Positions 28,175 through 37,981 of a stretch of 64,000 nucleotides of DNA are shown piece by piece. The stretch lies in NCBI GenBank assembly GCA_031362565.1, contig JANLSU010000069.1, positions 1 to 64,000 of the forward strand, in the 5' to 3' direction. The stretch comes from a bacterium (GTDB lineage: Bacteria > Krumholzibacteriota > Krumholzibacteriia > G020349025). Within the stretch, counting starts at the first letter, position 1. Every line of letters begins with the position of its first letter. A program made the position numbers and the translations under genes. Under the pieces are notes generated by a model. It was not told where the DNA came from and did no database searches. It worked only from the letters and a program-made list of their open reading frames with translations.

Positions 28175-29860
28175 ATGCGCATCAAAAGCCCAAGAGTTCT
28201 TGCTCTGCTGCTGACGGGGGCTGTCGTCCTTGTGGGCGCCGGCGCTCCCGCCTGGTCACAAGTCGGCACGGTCGTGTCCCATCAGAAACTAAGCGACCTC
28301 GCCGGCAACTTTACCGCCGTGATCGACAACGCCGACGAATTTGGCGGAGCCGTGGCCCGTCTGGGCGACCTGGACGGGAAGGGTCCGTCCGTCGTCGCTC
28401 TGGCGGTCGGGACCACGGGCGACGACGATGGCGGCCCCAATCGTGGCGCCGTGTACATTCTGTTCCTGGACCGAACGGGAAACACGCTTTCGTATCAGAA
28501 AATCAGCAACACGGCCGGTGGTTTTACCGGCGTCCTGGAGAACGCTGACGACTTCGGGAGCTCGGTCGCATTTCTGGGCGACCTGGATGGCGCCGGGCCC
28601 AGCGTCGCTGCACTGGCGGTGGGCACCGCGGGCGACGACGACGGTGGCCTGGATCGCGGCGCCGTGTACATCCTGTTCCTGAAAGCGGATGGAACGGTGC
28701 TCTCGAATCAAAAAATCAGCGACACGGCCGGCAACTTCACGGCCGTGATCGACAGTGCCGACGAGCTCGGCGGCACGTGCTTCGGTCTGGGAGACTTGGA
28801 CGGGGCCGGGCCGAGCGTCGCGGCGCTGGCGGTGGGTGCCATCGGCGACGACGATGGCGGCATCAATCGCGGCTGTGTGTACGTGCTCTTCCTGCAGAGC
28901 AACGGCAATGTCCTGTCGTTTCAGAAGATCAGCAACACGACCGGAGGATTCACCGCAACGCTCGACAACGCGGACGAGTTCGGCAGCTCGGTCACGGGTC
29001 TAGGCGACTTGGATGGCGTGGGTGGGAGTGCCGGCGCGTTGGCGGTCGGTGCGATCGGCGACGACGACGGGGGAACCGACCGCGGCGCCGTGTACGTCTT
29101 GTTCTTGAACACCACGGGAATCGTGGCTGCACACCAGAAGATCAGCGACACCGCAGGGAATTTCACCGCGCCGCTCCTCAACCTCGACGAATTGGGCGGT
29201 GCGGTCGCGAGTCTCGGCAAGCTCGACCGGAACGGCGCGGCCGTCTGCGCGCTGGCAGTGGGCGCCGCAGGCGACGACGATGGCGGCCCGAGTCACGGCG
29301 CGGTGTACATCATGCAGCTCAACAGCGCCGGAAGCGTGCTGTCCTATCAAAAGATCAGCGATACCGCCGGCAATTTTACCGGAGTCCTCCACGACGCCGA
29401 CGAATTCGGTGGCGCGCTCTGTGCCATGGGCGACATCAACACGGGGCTTGATGCCGCCGAAACGACACTCGTCACGGGCGCCAGCTTTGACGACGATGGC
29501 GGGCCCGATCGCGGTGCGGCCTGGATTCTCTTCATCGAAGGGACGCAACCGGTCGACGCAGGTGCACCTGGCGCCCCCCGGAACATGCTGGGCAGTGCGT
29601 CGCCCAACCCTTTCAACCCCACGACCACGATCCCGTTCACGATGGCCGAGACCGGCTGGGTTGAAATCCACATCTCCAACGTGCAAGGCCGCATCGTGCG
29701 CGAGTTGGTCCTTGGGCGAACCGGGCCCGGGGCCCACGCGGTTGTTTGGGATGGCCGCGATCGCGCTGGGAACTTGGTGGCGTCCGGGGCGTACGTGTAT
29801 AAGCTGCAGGTCAACCAACGGTCGGTGGCCGCGCCGGGCAAAGCAGTGCTCTTGAAGTAG
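28175..29860 (+). CDS. Secreted FG-GAP (integrin-alpha-like) repeat protein with T9SS-A/FlgD-Ig C-terminal domain
   Basis: Signal peptide, six FG..V..LGDLDG...LAVG..GDDDGG..RGAVY repeats, C-terminal PNPFNP...WDGRD..G..VASG.Y...KAVLLK. Confidence 0.9.
   Translation: MRIKSPRVLALLLTGAVVLVGAGAPAWSQVGTVVSHQKLSDLAGNFTAVIDNADEFGGAVARLGDLDGKGPSVVALAVGTTGDDDGGPNRGAVYILFLDRTGNTLSYQKISNTAGGFTGVLENADDFGSSVAFLGDLDGAGPSVAALAVGTAGDDDGGLDRGAVYILFLKADGTVLSNQKISDTAGNFTAVIDSADELGGTCFGLGDLDGAGPSVAALAVGAIGDDDGGINRGCVYVLFLQSNGNVLSFQKISNTTGGFTATLDNADEFGSSVTGLGDLDGVGGSAGALAVGAIGDDDGGTDRGAVYVLFLNTTGIVAAHQKISDTAGNFTAPLLNLDELGGAVASLGKLDRNGAAVCALAVGAAGDDDGGPSHGAVYIMQLNSAGSVLSYQKISDTAGNFTGVLHDADEFGGALCAMGDINTGLDAAETTLVTGASFDDDGGPDRGAAWILFIEGTQPVDAGAPGAPRNMLGSASPNPFNPTTTIPFTMAETGWVEIHISNVQGRIVRELVLGRTGPGAHAVVWDGRDRAGNLVASGAYVYKLQVNQRSVAAPGKAVLLK
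28283..29540 (+). repeat. Six intragenic 213-bp (71-aa) repeats
   Basis: QK(I/L)S codons at 28283, 28496, 28709, 28922, 29135, 29348. Confidence 0.9.
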
Positions 29861-29960
29861 CGGCAGCGGGAATTCTGCCGAAAAGCACGCCGTGGGGCGG
29901 CACATGCCCCCGTGGCCAGTCAAATCGCTGTGCATGAGGTCGAAGTTGGAGGAGTATAGA

Positions 29961-30470
29961 ATGCAGACGTCAATCAGTTGGGTCGGAGCCGGGATTGCCA
30001 CCGTGGCGTTGAGTCTGGGCACGATCGCTCAGGCGGCCGAGTTGGCCTTGGACAAGTTGCCGAAGTCCGTGGCCGAAACCGTCGCGGCGCGCTTTGCCGA
30101 CGCCAAGCTTCTTGCTGCGGCGGAAGAGAAGAACGCCGAGGGAAAACAAATCTACGAAGTCTCGCTGGACCGCGGCGGGTTGAACATCGACGCGACGCTG
30201 ACGCCCGACGGTGCCTTGACCCTGATCGAGCAGGAAGTCACCCGCAAGGACTTGCCGGAGCTGATCGCCAAGACTCTCGAGGACAAGTACCCGAAGGCCC
30301 GGTACCGGCTGTCCGAGCAGGTCATCAACGTGAAGGACAAAGAGGAGACTCTGGCGCACTACGAGGTCCTCCTCGTGACGCCTCAGAAACAGATTCGCGC
30401 CGTCGAAGTCGGGCTCGATGGCAAGATCCTTAAAATCGAGAAGAAGACCTCGGAAACAGAAGAGGACTGA
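29961..30470 (+). CDS. Periplasmic PepSY-like (BLIP-like) acidic protein
   Basis: Signal peptide; two LP..V/I...F/YP.A....E.....YEV units; GGAGG RBS. Confidence 0.8.
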   Translation: MQTSISWVGAGIATVALSLGTIAQAAELALDKLPKSVAETVAARFADAKLLAAAEEKNAEGKQIYEVSLDRGGLNIDATLTPDGALTLIEQEVTRKDLPELIAKTLEDKYPKARYRLSEQVINVKDKEETLAHYEVLLVTPQKQIRAVEVGLDGKILKIEKKTSETEED

Positions 30471-30739
30471 GCCGCTTCGGACCGCCGCGTTGCACGGTGT
30501 TTCCCAAACCGTCGCGGCCTTCCGAACCTCGAGGACATTGTTACGCAGGGATTACACAATCCGGACTTGTGCGTGACAATCGCTCTGAACAACAAGTGTA
30601 CATTGAACAGGCATCGAGAGCTCGCACCGCCTAACGGGGCGATCCCGACTCCCGGCCGAGTCGCGATCGCCTCCAGCGGGCGGGTGCCTCCCTAGCCCAT
30701 CGCCCTCCTGAATCTCTGACACTTGGAAGGACTGTGTCG

Positions 30740-32041
30740 ATGCCGTTCGCGATTCATAGGAAATTACCGCCGCGCACCTCGGTCGCCGCGATCTTGTTCT
30801 GCTCAGTGCTTTTTTCCACGGTGTTGGCTTTTGCAATCGACGATGACGAGGACGAAGACTCGGGATCGGGCGCTCGCACGAAGTCCGCGTCCTTGGCCGA
30901 ACTCGCGCCGGGTTATCTGCGCGCACCGTATCTGCAGGGACTCGGCCAAGACTCTGTTCTCGTGGCCTGGATGGCCAGTGATCCTGCGGCGCCGGCCGTC
31001 GACTTCGGAACCACCGCCGAGTTCGGCAGCACCGTCGCCGCTCGCGTCGATGGCAACCGGCGCTACGCTGTTCTGAAACACCTGGCGCCCGGTACTCATT
31101 ACTTCTACCAAGTTCGCGCCGGTGCCCGCGTGTTGGCGACGGGCCCGACCTGTTCGTTCCGCACCGACGAGGGCCCCGGCGACCGCACGTTCACGTTCTT
31201 CGTGACCGGGGATATCGGCGACGGCAACGGCCAACAGGCCGTGACCGCGCGTTCCATCCTGCGCGCTTCGCCGCGTCCGGAAATGGGCATCGTGTGCGGC
31301 GATGTCGTGTACCAAAAAGGGCGCTCGAGCGACTACGACCGCCATCTCATGCGGCCGTGGCAGGATCTCTTCTCGGTCATGCCCGTGTGGCCGGCGCTTG
31401 GGAATCACGACTGGAAGAGCCCGCCCGATGCGAACTGGGAACAAGAATGGTATCTGCCCAACAACGAGCACTACTACTCGTTCGACTACGCCGACGCGCA
31501 TTTCATCGCTCTGGACAGCCGGGACGGCGATCTGTACGACGTCAAAAACCAAGTGGCTTGGCTGGAAAAGGACTTGCAGGCGCACGCGAGTGCGGCTTGG
31601 ACATTCGTCTACTTCCATCACCCAGGCATCACGTGCACCTACAAGAAGAACAATAAGGCGGTCATCGAACACTTCTTGCCGGTGTTCGACCGCTACAAGG
31701 TGGATGTTGTCTTCACCGGTCACGCCCATACGTACGAGCGGCTGTATCCGATTCGCGACGGCAAGCCTACGAATCTCGATCAAGACCCGCACTACACCAA
31801 CCCGGACGGCACGATCTACATCGTTTCCGGCGCGGGTGGCAAGGTCAAGACGGGGAGTCCGACCGGCCACTGCGGTCCCACCGCGTTCAGCCGCGACGAG
31901 ACGGTTCTGTGGACTCGGGTGGTCATCGATGGATCGCGCTGCACGATCCGTTCGTGCGAGAGCGAAAACGACAAGCTTGTCGATGAAATCTCGATCACGA
32001 AATCGCGCCTCGGAACCCCGGCGACCGGCGCATCGCGCTGA
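30740..32041 (+). CDS. Secreted purple acid phosphatase-family metallophosphoesterase (Fn3-like + MPP)
   Basis: All five PAP motifs: GDIG, GDVVY, GNHD, YFHH, GHAH; signal peptide. Confidence 0.9.
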   Translation: MPFAIHRKLPPRTSVAAILFCSVLFSTVLAFAIDDDEDEDSGSGARTKSASLAELAPGYLRAPYLQGLGQDSVLVAWMASDPAAPAVDFGTTAEFGSTVAARVDGNRRYAVLKHLAPGTHYFYQVRAGARVLATGPTCSFRTDEGPGDRTFTFFVTGDIGDGNGQQAVTARSILRASPRPEMGIVCGDVVYQKGRSSDYDRHLMRPWQDLFSVMPVWPALGNHDWKSPPDANWEQEWYLPNNEHYYSFDYADAHFIALDSRDGDLYDVKNQVAWLEKDLQAHASAAWTFVYFHHPGITCTYKKNNKAVIEHFLPVFDRYKVDVVFTGHAHTYERLYPIRDGKPTNLDQDPHYTNPDGTIYIVSGAGGKVKTGSPTGHCGPTAFSRDETVLWTRVVIDGSRCTIRSCESENDKLVDEISITKSRLGTPATGASR

Positions 32042-32234
32042 GCCGGTTGGGCATTCGCTCCACGACCGCCAGGGGTGTTCGCAGCACCCCTGGCGCCCGG
32101 CCGCCCCTACCCTGACAGCCTCCCCAAAACGCCCCCGGCCGCGAGTTGGCTTGATCGATGCGTTCTGCGCTCCTGGCAGGGCCGCGACTCCGTGGTCCTG
32201 CATCCAGACCCACGGAGGCAGGGAGGATGCGCGG

Positions 32235-32489
32235 ATGACAAGCTCCAACACCATGACCGAGGTTGCGGCACCAACGCTGGCGCAACCAACACGGATACAA
32301 CAACCTACGCCCACGACCAGTCCGGTCACCTCAACGGAGCCGCACCGGCTCTTGGCCGACTGGCCGATCCTGATCATGATCGTCTGCTCGTGTCTGCTGG
32401 CCGGCGCGTTCGCGAACTACGTTCTGGTCCCGGCCGCGAGGACTGCCACAGCCGCTTCGACCCACCAGCAAGTGGACTCGGGTCCGTAA
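32235..32489 (+). CDS. Small single-TM hypothetical protein, Pro/Thr-rich N-terminus
   Basis: GGAGG RBS before ATG; one hydrophobic helix. Confidence 0.45.
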   Translation: MTSSNTMTEVAAPTLAQPTRIQQPTPTTSPVTSTEPHRLLADWPILIMIVCSCLLAGAFANYVLVPAARTATAASTHQQVDSGP

Positions 32490-32807
32490 CCGACCTCGCG
32501 GGGCAAGGGGTCGAGCGCCGTGTACTGTGTCACGCGCGGCCCACGTTCGACCGCGTGAGTGTCAATTTCCACGCAGCGGGCCCGGATCGGTGGCCCTCTT
32601 GCACCACACCCGGCGCGTGCGCCGGCGCCAGGGGCGCTTTTACAAACTTGGTACTGAGAACGGACCCGCGGGTGACGTTCCGTACGGCGACTTTCGCTAC
32701 CATCGCACGATGCGCTGGTAGCCCCCGACTCCGACGTCGTACTGTCGTCCAGAGAGTCACCTTCGCACCGCGCCCCGGTTCTGTTGACGAGCACAAGGAG
32801 ATCGAGA

Positions 32808-33359
32808 ATGGTACGCAGTCGTTTGGCGATGCTTTTGGCGAGCGCTTTCACAGGTGTGGTGCTCGTCGCAGCGACGAGCCGCTCCGAAGAGACCGCAACG
32901 AAGACCAAGCTGCCGGATCCGGTCGCCGCCACCTTCAAGGCGACGTTCCCCAACGGCGAGATTCAGAAGGTGGACGCCGAAGTCGAGAATGGCGTCACGA
33001 TCTACGACTTTGAGTTCAAAGACGGCGACACGGAAAAGGAAACCGACATTGCCGCCGATGGCACTCTGTTGGAGTACACCGTTGTCGTCACCGCCGACGC
33101 CGTGCCGGAAGCGGCGCTCAAGTCCATCAACACTCACGCCAAGGGCGCGAAGCTCGGCCGGCTCGAGCACATCGAGGGCACATACGAAACCAAGGATGGC
33201 AAGAACATCAAGCTGGCCGCGCCTCTGACCCGCTACGCTGCGGAGATGACGAAAGGCAAGATGTCAGCCGAAATCATCGTCAACGCCGACGGCACCGTGG
33301 CTGAGGCACCCGAGTGGGTGAAGGCGACTCCGACGCCCAAGGCCAAAGACGCCAAGTAA
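32808..33359 (+). CDS. Second periplasmic PepSY-like protein
   Basis: Signal peptide; LPDPVAATFKATFP...E.ENG..IYDFEF...ADGTLL; AAGGAG RBS. Confidence 0.8.
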   Translation: MVRSRLAMLLASAFTGVVLVAATSRSEETATKTKLPDPVAATFKATFPNGEIQKVDAEVENGVTIYDFEFKDGDTEKETDIAADGTLLEYTVVVTADAVPEAALKSINTHAKGAKLGRLEHIEGTYETKDGKNIKLAAPLTRYAAEMTKGKMSAEIIVNADGTVAEAPEWVKATPTPKAKDAK

Positions 33360-33366
33360 TCGCAGC

Positions 33367-35790
33367 TCAGAAGGTCTTGCTCCAAGCCACGCCCATCGAT
33401 GGCAGGATCGTGAACCACGTTTCTTCGTCGCGGTCGAGCGTCATGTTGCCGGCCGGATCGAAGCGGCGGAAGTAGTCGTAGCCGAAAACGTTGGCGTGGT
33501 TGGTGAGGTTCACCATCTCCACGAAGAAGCGTAGGTCGCCGCGGCGCGTCGTCCAACGGCGCGTCGCGCGCACGTCGAAGCGGTAGTAGGCCGGTAGGCG
33601 GGCGCCGTAGATCTTCAGCGGCCGCACGGCCACGTCGGGCTCGCCGTCCTCGTCGAGCACCGGGACCAGCGCCTCGAGTGTCGCGGGCCAGCCCGAGTGC
33701 AGCGCCAACGACCCGTTCAGCGACCACTTCTGCCGCCAGTGGTACGTGAAATCCACGTTGGCAGCGTGGCGTTGATCCTGTGGGATCTCGTGCTTGCGGT
33801 CGAACGTCACGGCCCAATCGGTGTTGACGCTCTCGATCCGGTCGACTTCCTCTTCGGCGAGCGACAGCGCGTAGTTGGCGCGCATCGACAGCCGTTTCCC
33901 GAGCCGGTGATCGAAATACAACTCGAGCCCCTTGGATGTGGTCCGGCTCGGGGTGACGAGGATCCGGTCCTCGTTGGTTTCCGGGAACGTGTCGATTCCA
34001 CTCTTCCAGTTGCGGTACACGGGCCGCAGGTCCCGGCCCGACTTGTAGTAGACCTCGGCCCGCAAGAGGGCGCCGTTGTGAAAGTCTTGTTCGAGTCCCG
34101 CCGTCCACTGTTGTGAGCGCTCCGAATCGAAGTAGCGGTTGTCGTTGTTGAGCGCCGCAACGTCATCGATCCCCTGCATTTGACGGTAGATGCCCCAGCC
34201 GGCCCGCAACGTCCGGCCGCCGCCGATACTCAACGCGGCGCCGACGCGCGGGCTGAAGTCACGGTCCTTGGTGTACGAAGCCTGGTCGTACCGCGCGCCG
34301 GTCTCCAGAACGAGCGGACTCGCGACGCGCCAGCGATTCGAGGCGTAGACGCCGAGCCGCGTTCCGATCCGGCCGGACCTGGCATTGGTGACGATGGGGT
34401 AGACGGCGTTCGGATCTTGCGCCGGATCGTTTGGATCCTGCGCGACGATGCTGGTGAAGGAATCGGTGTTGCGCAGCCGCCGCAGATCGACGCCATAGCT
34501 CAGGATATCGGCCTCCGAAAGTCCCGTTGTCCAATCCTGCTTGAAGCCCAGAATCGAGAAATCGCGATTGTTGGTCAGCGTGTAGAGCGGCAGGGAGCTG
34601 AAGTAGTAGCGCTCGAACCCATCGCGGTGCCGGGTGACCAGGCCGGCGGACAACAGGGTGCGGACCGCGGTTCGAGGCCCGAGCACCGACTGCAATGTGC
34701 TCCACACGTAGGCGTTGCCATAGCGATTGCGGGCGTTCTCGCGCGTCTTCAGCGAGTCCTGGAAGCCGGTCGTCGACGGCGCGTTGAACTTGTACTTGTC
34801 GCCCGCATAGAGAGCATCGAATGTGAGCTTGTGGTTCGCATTCAACCGGACCTGGAGTTTGGCGAAGACGTCGTGGTAGCGCGGCGACGGCAGTTCGTCC
34901 TGTTGGATCATTTTGAACACGAGATCCATGAAGCCGCTGCGGGCCGATACCAGCCAGGAGCCCCGGCCATTCCAAAGCGGCCCGCGCCCCATGGCGCGCG
35001 CGTTCATGAAGCTGAGCCCGACGCTGTACGTCGTGTGATCCGGTTCCGGCGTCCGCGACGTGATGTCGAAGACCCCACTGCGCTTGTTGCCGTACTGCGC
35101 CGGGAAACCGCCCGTCATGAGTTGGACGCCGTCGATGGTCTCGGCATCGACGATGCTGAGGGCGCCTTCGTCGAAATCCTTCAGATGGTACGGCTCGTAG
35201 AGTTCGAGCCCATCGAGAAGGATGAGCGTTTCGTCGTGCCGGCCGCCGCGAATCGAGAAATGGGCGCCGTAGTCGCCGGAAGACAGCCCCGGCAGCCGGT
35301 TGACCGCCCGGAACACGTCTTCGCCAAGCTGTGGCACGGACTCGATGTCCTCGCGCGACATCGTTTGCCGGGTGGCGGGGTTCTTCTTCATGAACGAGTA
35401 CGTGCCGGGCGTCACGGTGACAGCCTTGAGACGCAGGTAGCGCTGGCTCATCGACAGGTCAAGAACCAGATCCGCGCCGCTCACGACCTCGACGGAGTCG
35501 CGAACCATGTCCTGGTAGCCGACGCGCTTGGCGCGCAGCGTAAAGGTGCCGGGCGCGACACCGTTCAGCACGAAGCGCCCATTGGGATCGGTGCTGGAGT
35601 GGAATTCGGTCCCGGCCAGCGAGACCTCGACTCGAGCGACGGGGTCGCCGGACTCCGAGTCGACGACGCGGCCGCGGATCGAAGCCGGTGTCACTGTGGC
35701 GCCGGGTGCTATGGGCGATTGCGTCGAGTCTGCGAGCGGATTCTGGGCGCGCGCGGTCGCGACCAGACAAACCAGGATGCCGAACAGCAT
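33367..35790 (-). CDS. TonB-dependent receptor with N-terminal carboxypeptidase-regulatory-like domain
   Basis: IRGRVVD...G.F.L..V.PG; plug SIRGG..DE.LILLDG...TGGFPAQYG; C-terminal SKTF; start uncertain. Confidence 0.9.
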   Translation of the reverse strand: MLFGILVCLVATARAQNPLADSTQSPIAPGATVTPASIRGRVVDSESGDPVARVEVSLAGTEFHSSTDPNGRFVLNGVAPGTFTLRAKRVGYQDMVRDSVEVVSGADLVLDLSMSQRYLRLKAVTVTPGTYSFMKKNPATRQTMSREDIESVPQLGEDVFRAVNRLPGLSSGDYGAHFSIRGGRHDETLILLDGLELYEPYHLKDFDEGALSIVDAETIDGVQLMTGGFPAQYGNKRSGVFDITSRTPEPDHTTYSVGLSFMNARAMGRGPLWNGRGSWLVSARSGFMDLVFKMIQQDELPSPRYHDVFAKLQVRLNANHKLTFDALYAGDKYKFNAPSTTGFQDSLKTRENARNRYGNAYVWSTLQSVLGPRTAVRTLLSAGLVTRHRDGFERYYFSSLPLYTLTNNRDFSILGFKQDWTTGLSEADILSYGVDLRRLRNTDSFTSIVAQDPNDPAQDPNAVYPIVTNARSGRIGTRLGVYASNRWRVASPLVLETGARYDQASYTKDRDFSPRVGAALSIGGGRTLRAGWGIYRQMQGIDDVAALNNDNRYFDSERSQQWTAGLEQDFHNGALLRAEVYYKSGRDLRPVYRNWKSGIDTFPETNEDRILVTPSRTTSKGLELYFDHRLGKRLSMRANYALSLAEEEVDRIESVNTDWAVTFDRKHEIPQDQRHAANVDFTYHWRQKWSLNGSLALHSGWPATLEALVPVLDEDGEPDVAVRPLKIYGARLPAYYRFDVRATRRWTTRRGDLRFFVEMVNLTNHANVFGYDYFRRFDPAGNMTLDRDEETWFTILPSMGVAWSKTF

Positions 35791-35994
35791 CTTGAGCGCA
35801 TGTCGTAGCACCAGTAAGTCCCCAAGGATGTCATGCCAGCATCGAACCAAGTGTCGCACGAATACCCAACCGAACGCTAGAGCCGGGGTGAGAGGGCCGA
35901 GGGCGCCCGGACACGCGGCTGCCTCGCTGCCAAACGGGCGCGAAGAATCCACAGTGCGCCGGTGGGCGCGGCGCGATGACAGGCAACGGGATCT

Positions 35995-37263
35995 CTACCG
36001 AAGCAATAGCAGCTTTCTCTCCTGCACCCGGCCGCCCTCCGGCGTTTGCAGCCGGCAGAGGTAGACGCCGCTCGCCATGCCCGGCGCATGCCAGTGCGAC
36101 GTGTAGCGTCCCGGTTGCCGGGTCCCATCGACGAGCTCCGCCACTTCACGGCCGCACACGTCGTAGATCGCGAGCCGGATGCGCGTCGCACGCTGGACCG
36201 TGAACCCGAGCGCCGTGGCGGCCGGAAACGGATTGGGGAACGCCGGTTCGAGAACGGCGGCCGGCCGATCGAAGACGTTCGCATCCGTCGGCAGGGTCTC
36301 GGCGTCGTAGATGTAGCCGCGCGAGCCGAACGCCGTTCGCCACGTTTCGACGAGGGCCGTGAAGTCCGTCGGCACGATCATGTTCACGTCACGCCAAGCG
36401 ACGATCGGGGTGACGACCGAGTCGGCAATCGAGATGAGCCCATCCGCCCTTTGGATCACGGCCGGCCGGATCGCGTACGACGAGGTGAGCATGAACGGCG
36501 TCCCGACGGCGCCGCTTTGGTAGAGCGCCGCCAGCTCCGGAATCGCCTCGATCGTGCCTTTGTACTGGCCGATCGCAACGATATTCGCGTTCACATCGTC
36601 GACGAAATAGTGGTCGCGATCCTGCGGGCGCCAAACGCCGCTCACCACCGGATCGTTGACGTGATTGGGCGTGCCGCTGCCCATGAGAATGTCGCCCCGC
36701 CAAACGGCCCAGGGATAGTGCTCGCCCGAGACCGGTACGCGGTAGCGGTCCCACGCCTGGAATTGCGGCAGCGCCGGATCCCAAACGTGACCGCCGATCA
36801 CGGTGGTCGGCTCGACCCCAAGCGAATCGATGAGATGCGCGACATCCGTATAGTTGTAGCCGCTGCCCTCGTGGGAATGTGCGTCGATGACGCTGCCAAT
36901 ATCTTCTCTCAAATAGCGAAAGAGATTCTTACCGTTCGTCGTCTGCATGAGCGCCGCGTCCTCGTAGAGGAGCGCGCACCGCAGGATCTTCCAGTCCGGC
37001 TGCAGGGACCAGGGCAGGCCGTTGTCGTGCATCAAGTGCGCGACGCCAATGAGCCGGCTGCGCCACGTCAGGTAACTCTGCCGGTTCTGGGTCGATCCCA
37101 GCGTTCCGCCCGGGGTGTTGTCCTCGATATGGGTGAACAGCACGACCTGGACCGGTGGCGACTGGGCGCGCGAACCCAACGGAACGAAAAGGAGGGCGAG
37201 CAGGGGAATGCTCGCGGCGAGGTTGGGAAGCGTTGTCCCACGGACCAGTCGGCGCATCGGCAT
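35995..37263 (-). CDS. Secreted protein, possible metal-dependent (NodB/deacetylase-like) domain + T9SS-A/FlgD-Ig CTD
   Basis: Signal peptide; THIED, DAHSHE; C-terminal FPNPF...IYDV.GREV...ASGVY.CRL...KLLLLR. Catalytic family is a guess. Confidence 0.7.
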   Translation of the reverse strand: MPMRRLVRGTTLPNLAASIPLLALLFVPLGSRAQSPPVQVVLFTHIEDNTPGGTLGSTQNRQSYLTWRSRLIGVAHLMHDNGLPWSLQPDWKILRCALLYEDAALMQTTNGKNLFRYLREDIGSVIDAHSHEGSGYNYTDVAHLIDSLGVEPTTVIGGHVWDPALPQFQAWDRYRVPVSGEHYPWAVWRGDILMGSGTPNHVNDPVVSGVWRPQDRDHYFVDDVNANIVAIGQYKGTIEAIPELAALYQSGAVGTPFMLTSSYAIRPAVIQRADGLISIADSVVTPIVAWRDVNMIVPTDFTALVETWRTAFGSRGYIYDAETLPTDANVFDRPAAVLEPAFPNPFPAATALGFTVQRATRIRLAIYDVCGREVAELVDGTRQPGRYTSHWHAPGMASGVYLCRLQTPEGGRVQERKLLLLR

Positions 37264-37411
37264 GCCAAGAGGATAACTCTCGCCGGAGCCCCGTGCCTAC
37301 GGCTGATTCCAGCCCGACCACTCTGGCAGGCCGTCGCCAGGCGGTGTATGCTCGGCACCCGACGCATCGATCGAAGCGTACCTTCGCGCCCAATGGGGCA
37401 ATGGAGGCCGA

Positions 37412-37873
37412 ATGAGACGAAAGCCACCGCGCCCGGGCGTCACCCAATGCACCGCGGCGTTCGCAATCATGTTGTGCGCGGCTTGGGGCTCCCCATCCAG
37501 CGCCGGCGAGCGCCCAGACTCTGCAACACCATTCCTCGCCCAGGCGCCCGCGGAGTCGCCATGCGACGATTCCTTGTATATCGAACTGCGGAAAAAGTCT
37601 CTCGATCAAATGAGCCAACGCGAGTACGAGTTCTTCTTGCAGAAGGACCAGCAGTGTGGCGAATACCGCAAGTGGATCTTGACGCGCGGGGATCGACCGA
37701 CGCCAAGCGCGTCGCCCCTTCCAGGGTCGAGCCCGAAGTGGCCCCGCGATGGAGAGGGCGAGCTTGCCCAGGAGCCGGCCGTGAACGGCGCGATTAACGC
37801 CGTGGCGATCGTTGTCCTGTCCGTGTTTGCAACCATCGGAACGCTCTTGTTTCTAGTCGCCATCAGCGACTAG
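37412..37873 (+). CDS. Hypothetical exported protein with C-terminal TM anchor
   Basis: Signal-like N-terminus, PCDDSLY..L.KK.LD.MS.REY.FF.QKD..C, terminal hydrophobic helix. Confidence 0.6.
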   Translation: MRRKPPRPGVTQCTAAFAIMLCAAWGSPSSAGERPDSATPFLAQAPAESPCDDSLYIELRKKSLDQMSQREYEFFLQKDQQCGEYRKWILTRGDRPTPSASPLPGSSPKWPRDGEGELAQEPAVNGAINAVAIVVLSVFATIGTLLFLVAISD

Positions 37874-37981
37874 GGAGGTGCCCGCGATGATGCGTTCCGT
37901 GTCGCGCCTCGAAGTCGGCCGAGCGGTCCGACTGTGACACTGTAACGCCTCGCCCGTGCTCTTCCAGCTCTCGCGTCCGGC

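Noticed and set aside
28283..29540. 213-bp repeats as a DGR template/variable pair
   Set aside because: Variation is not adenine-specific and no reverse transcriptase is present in the window
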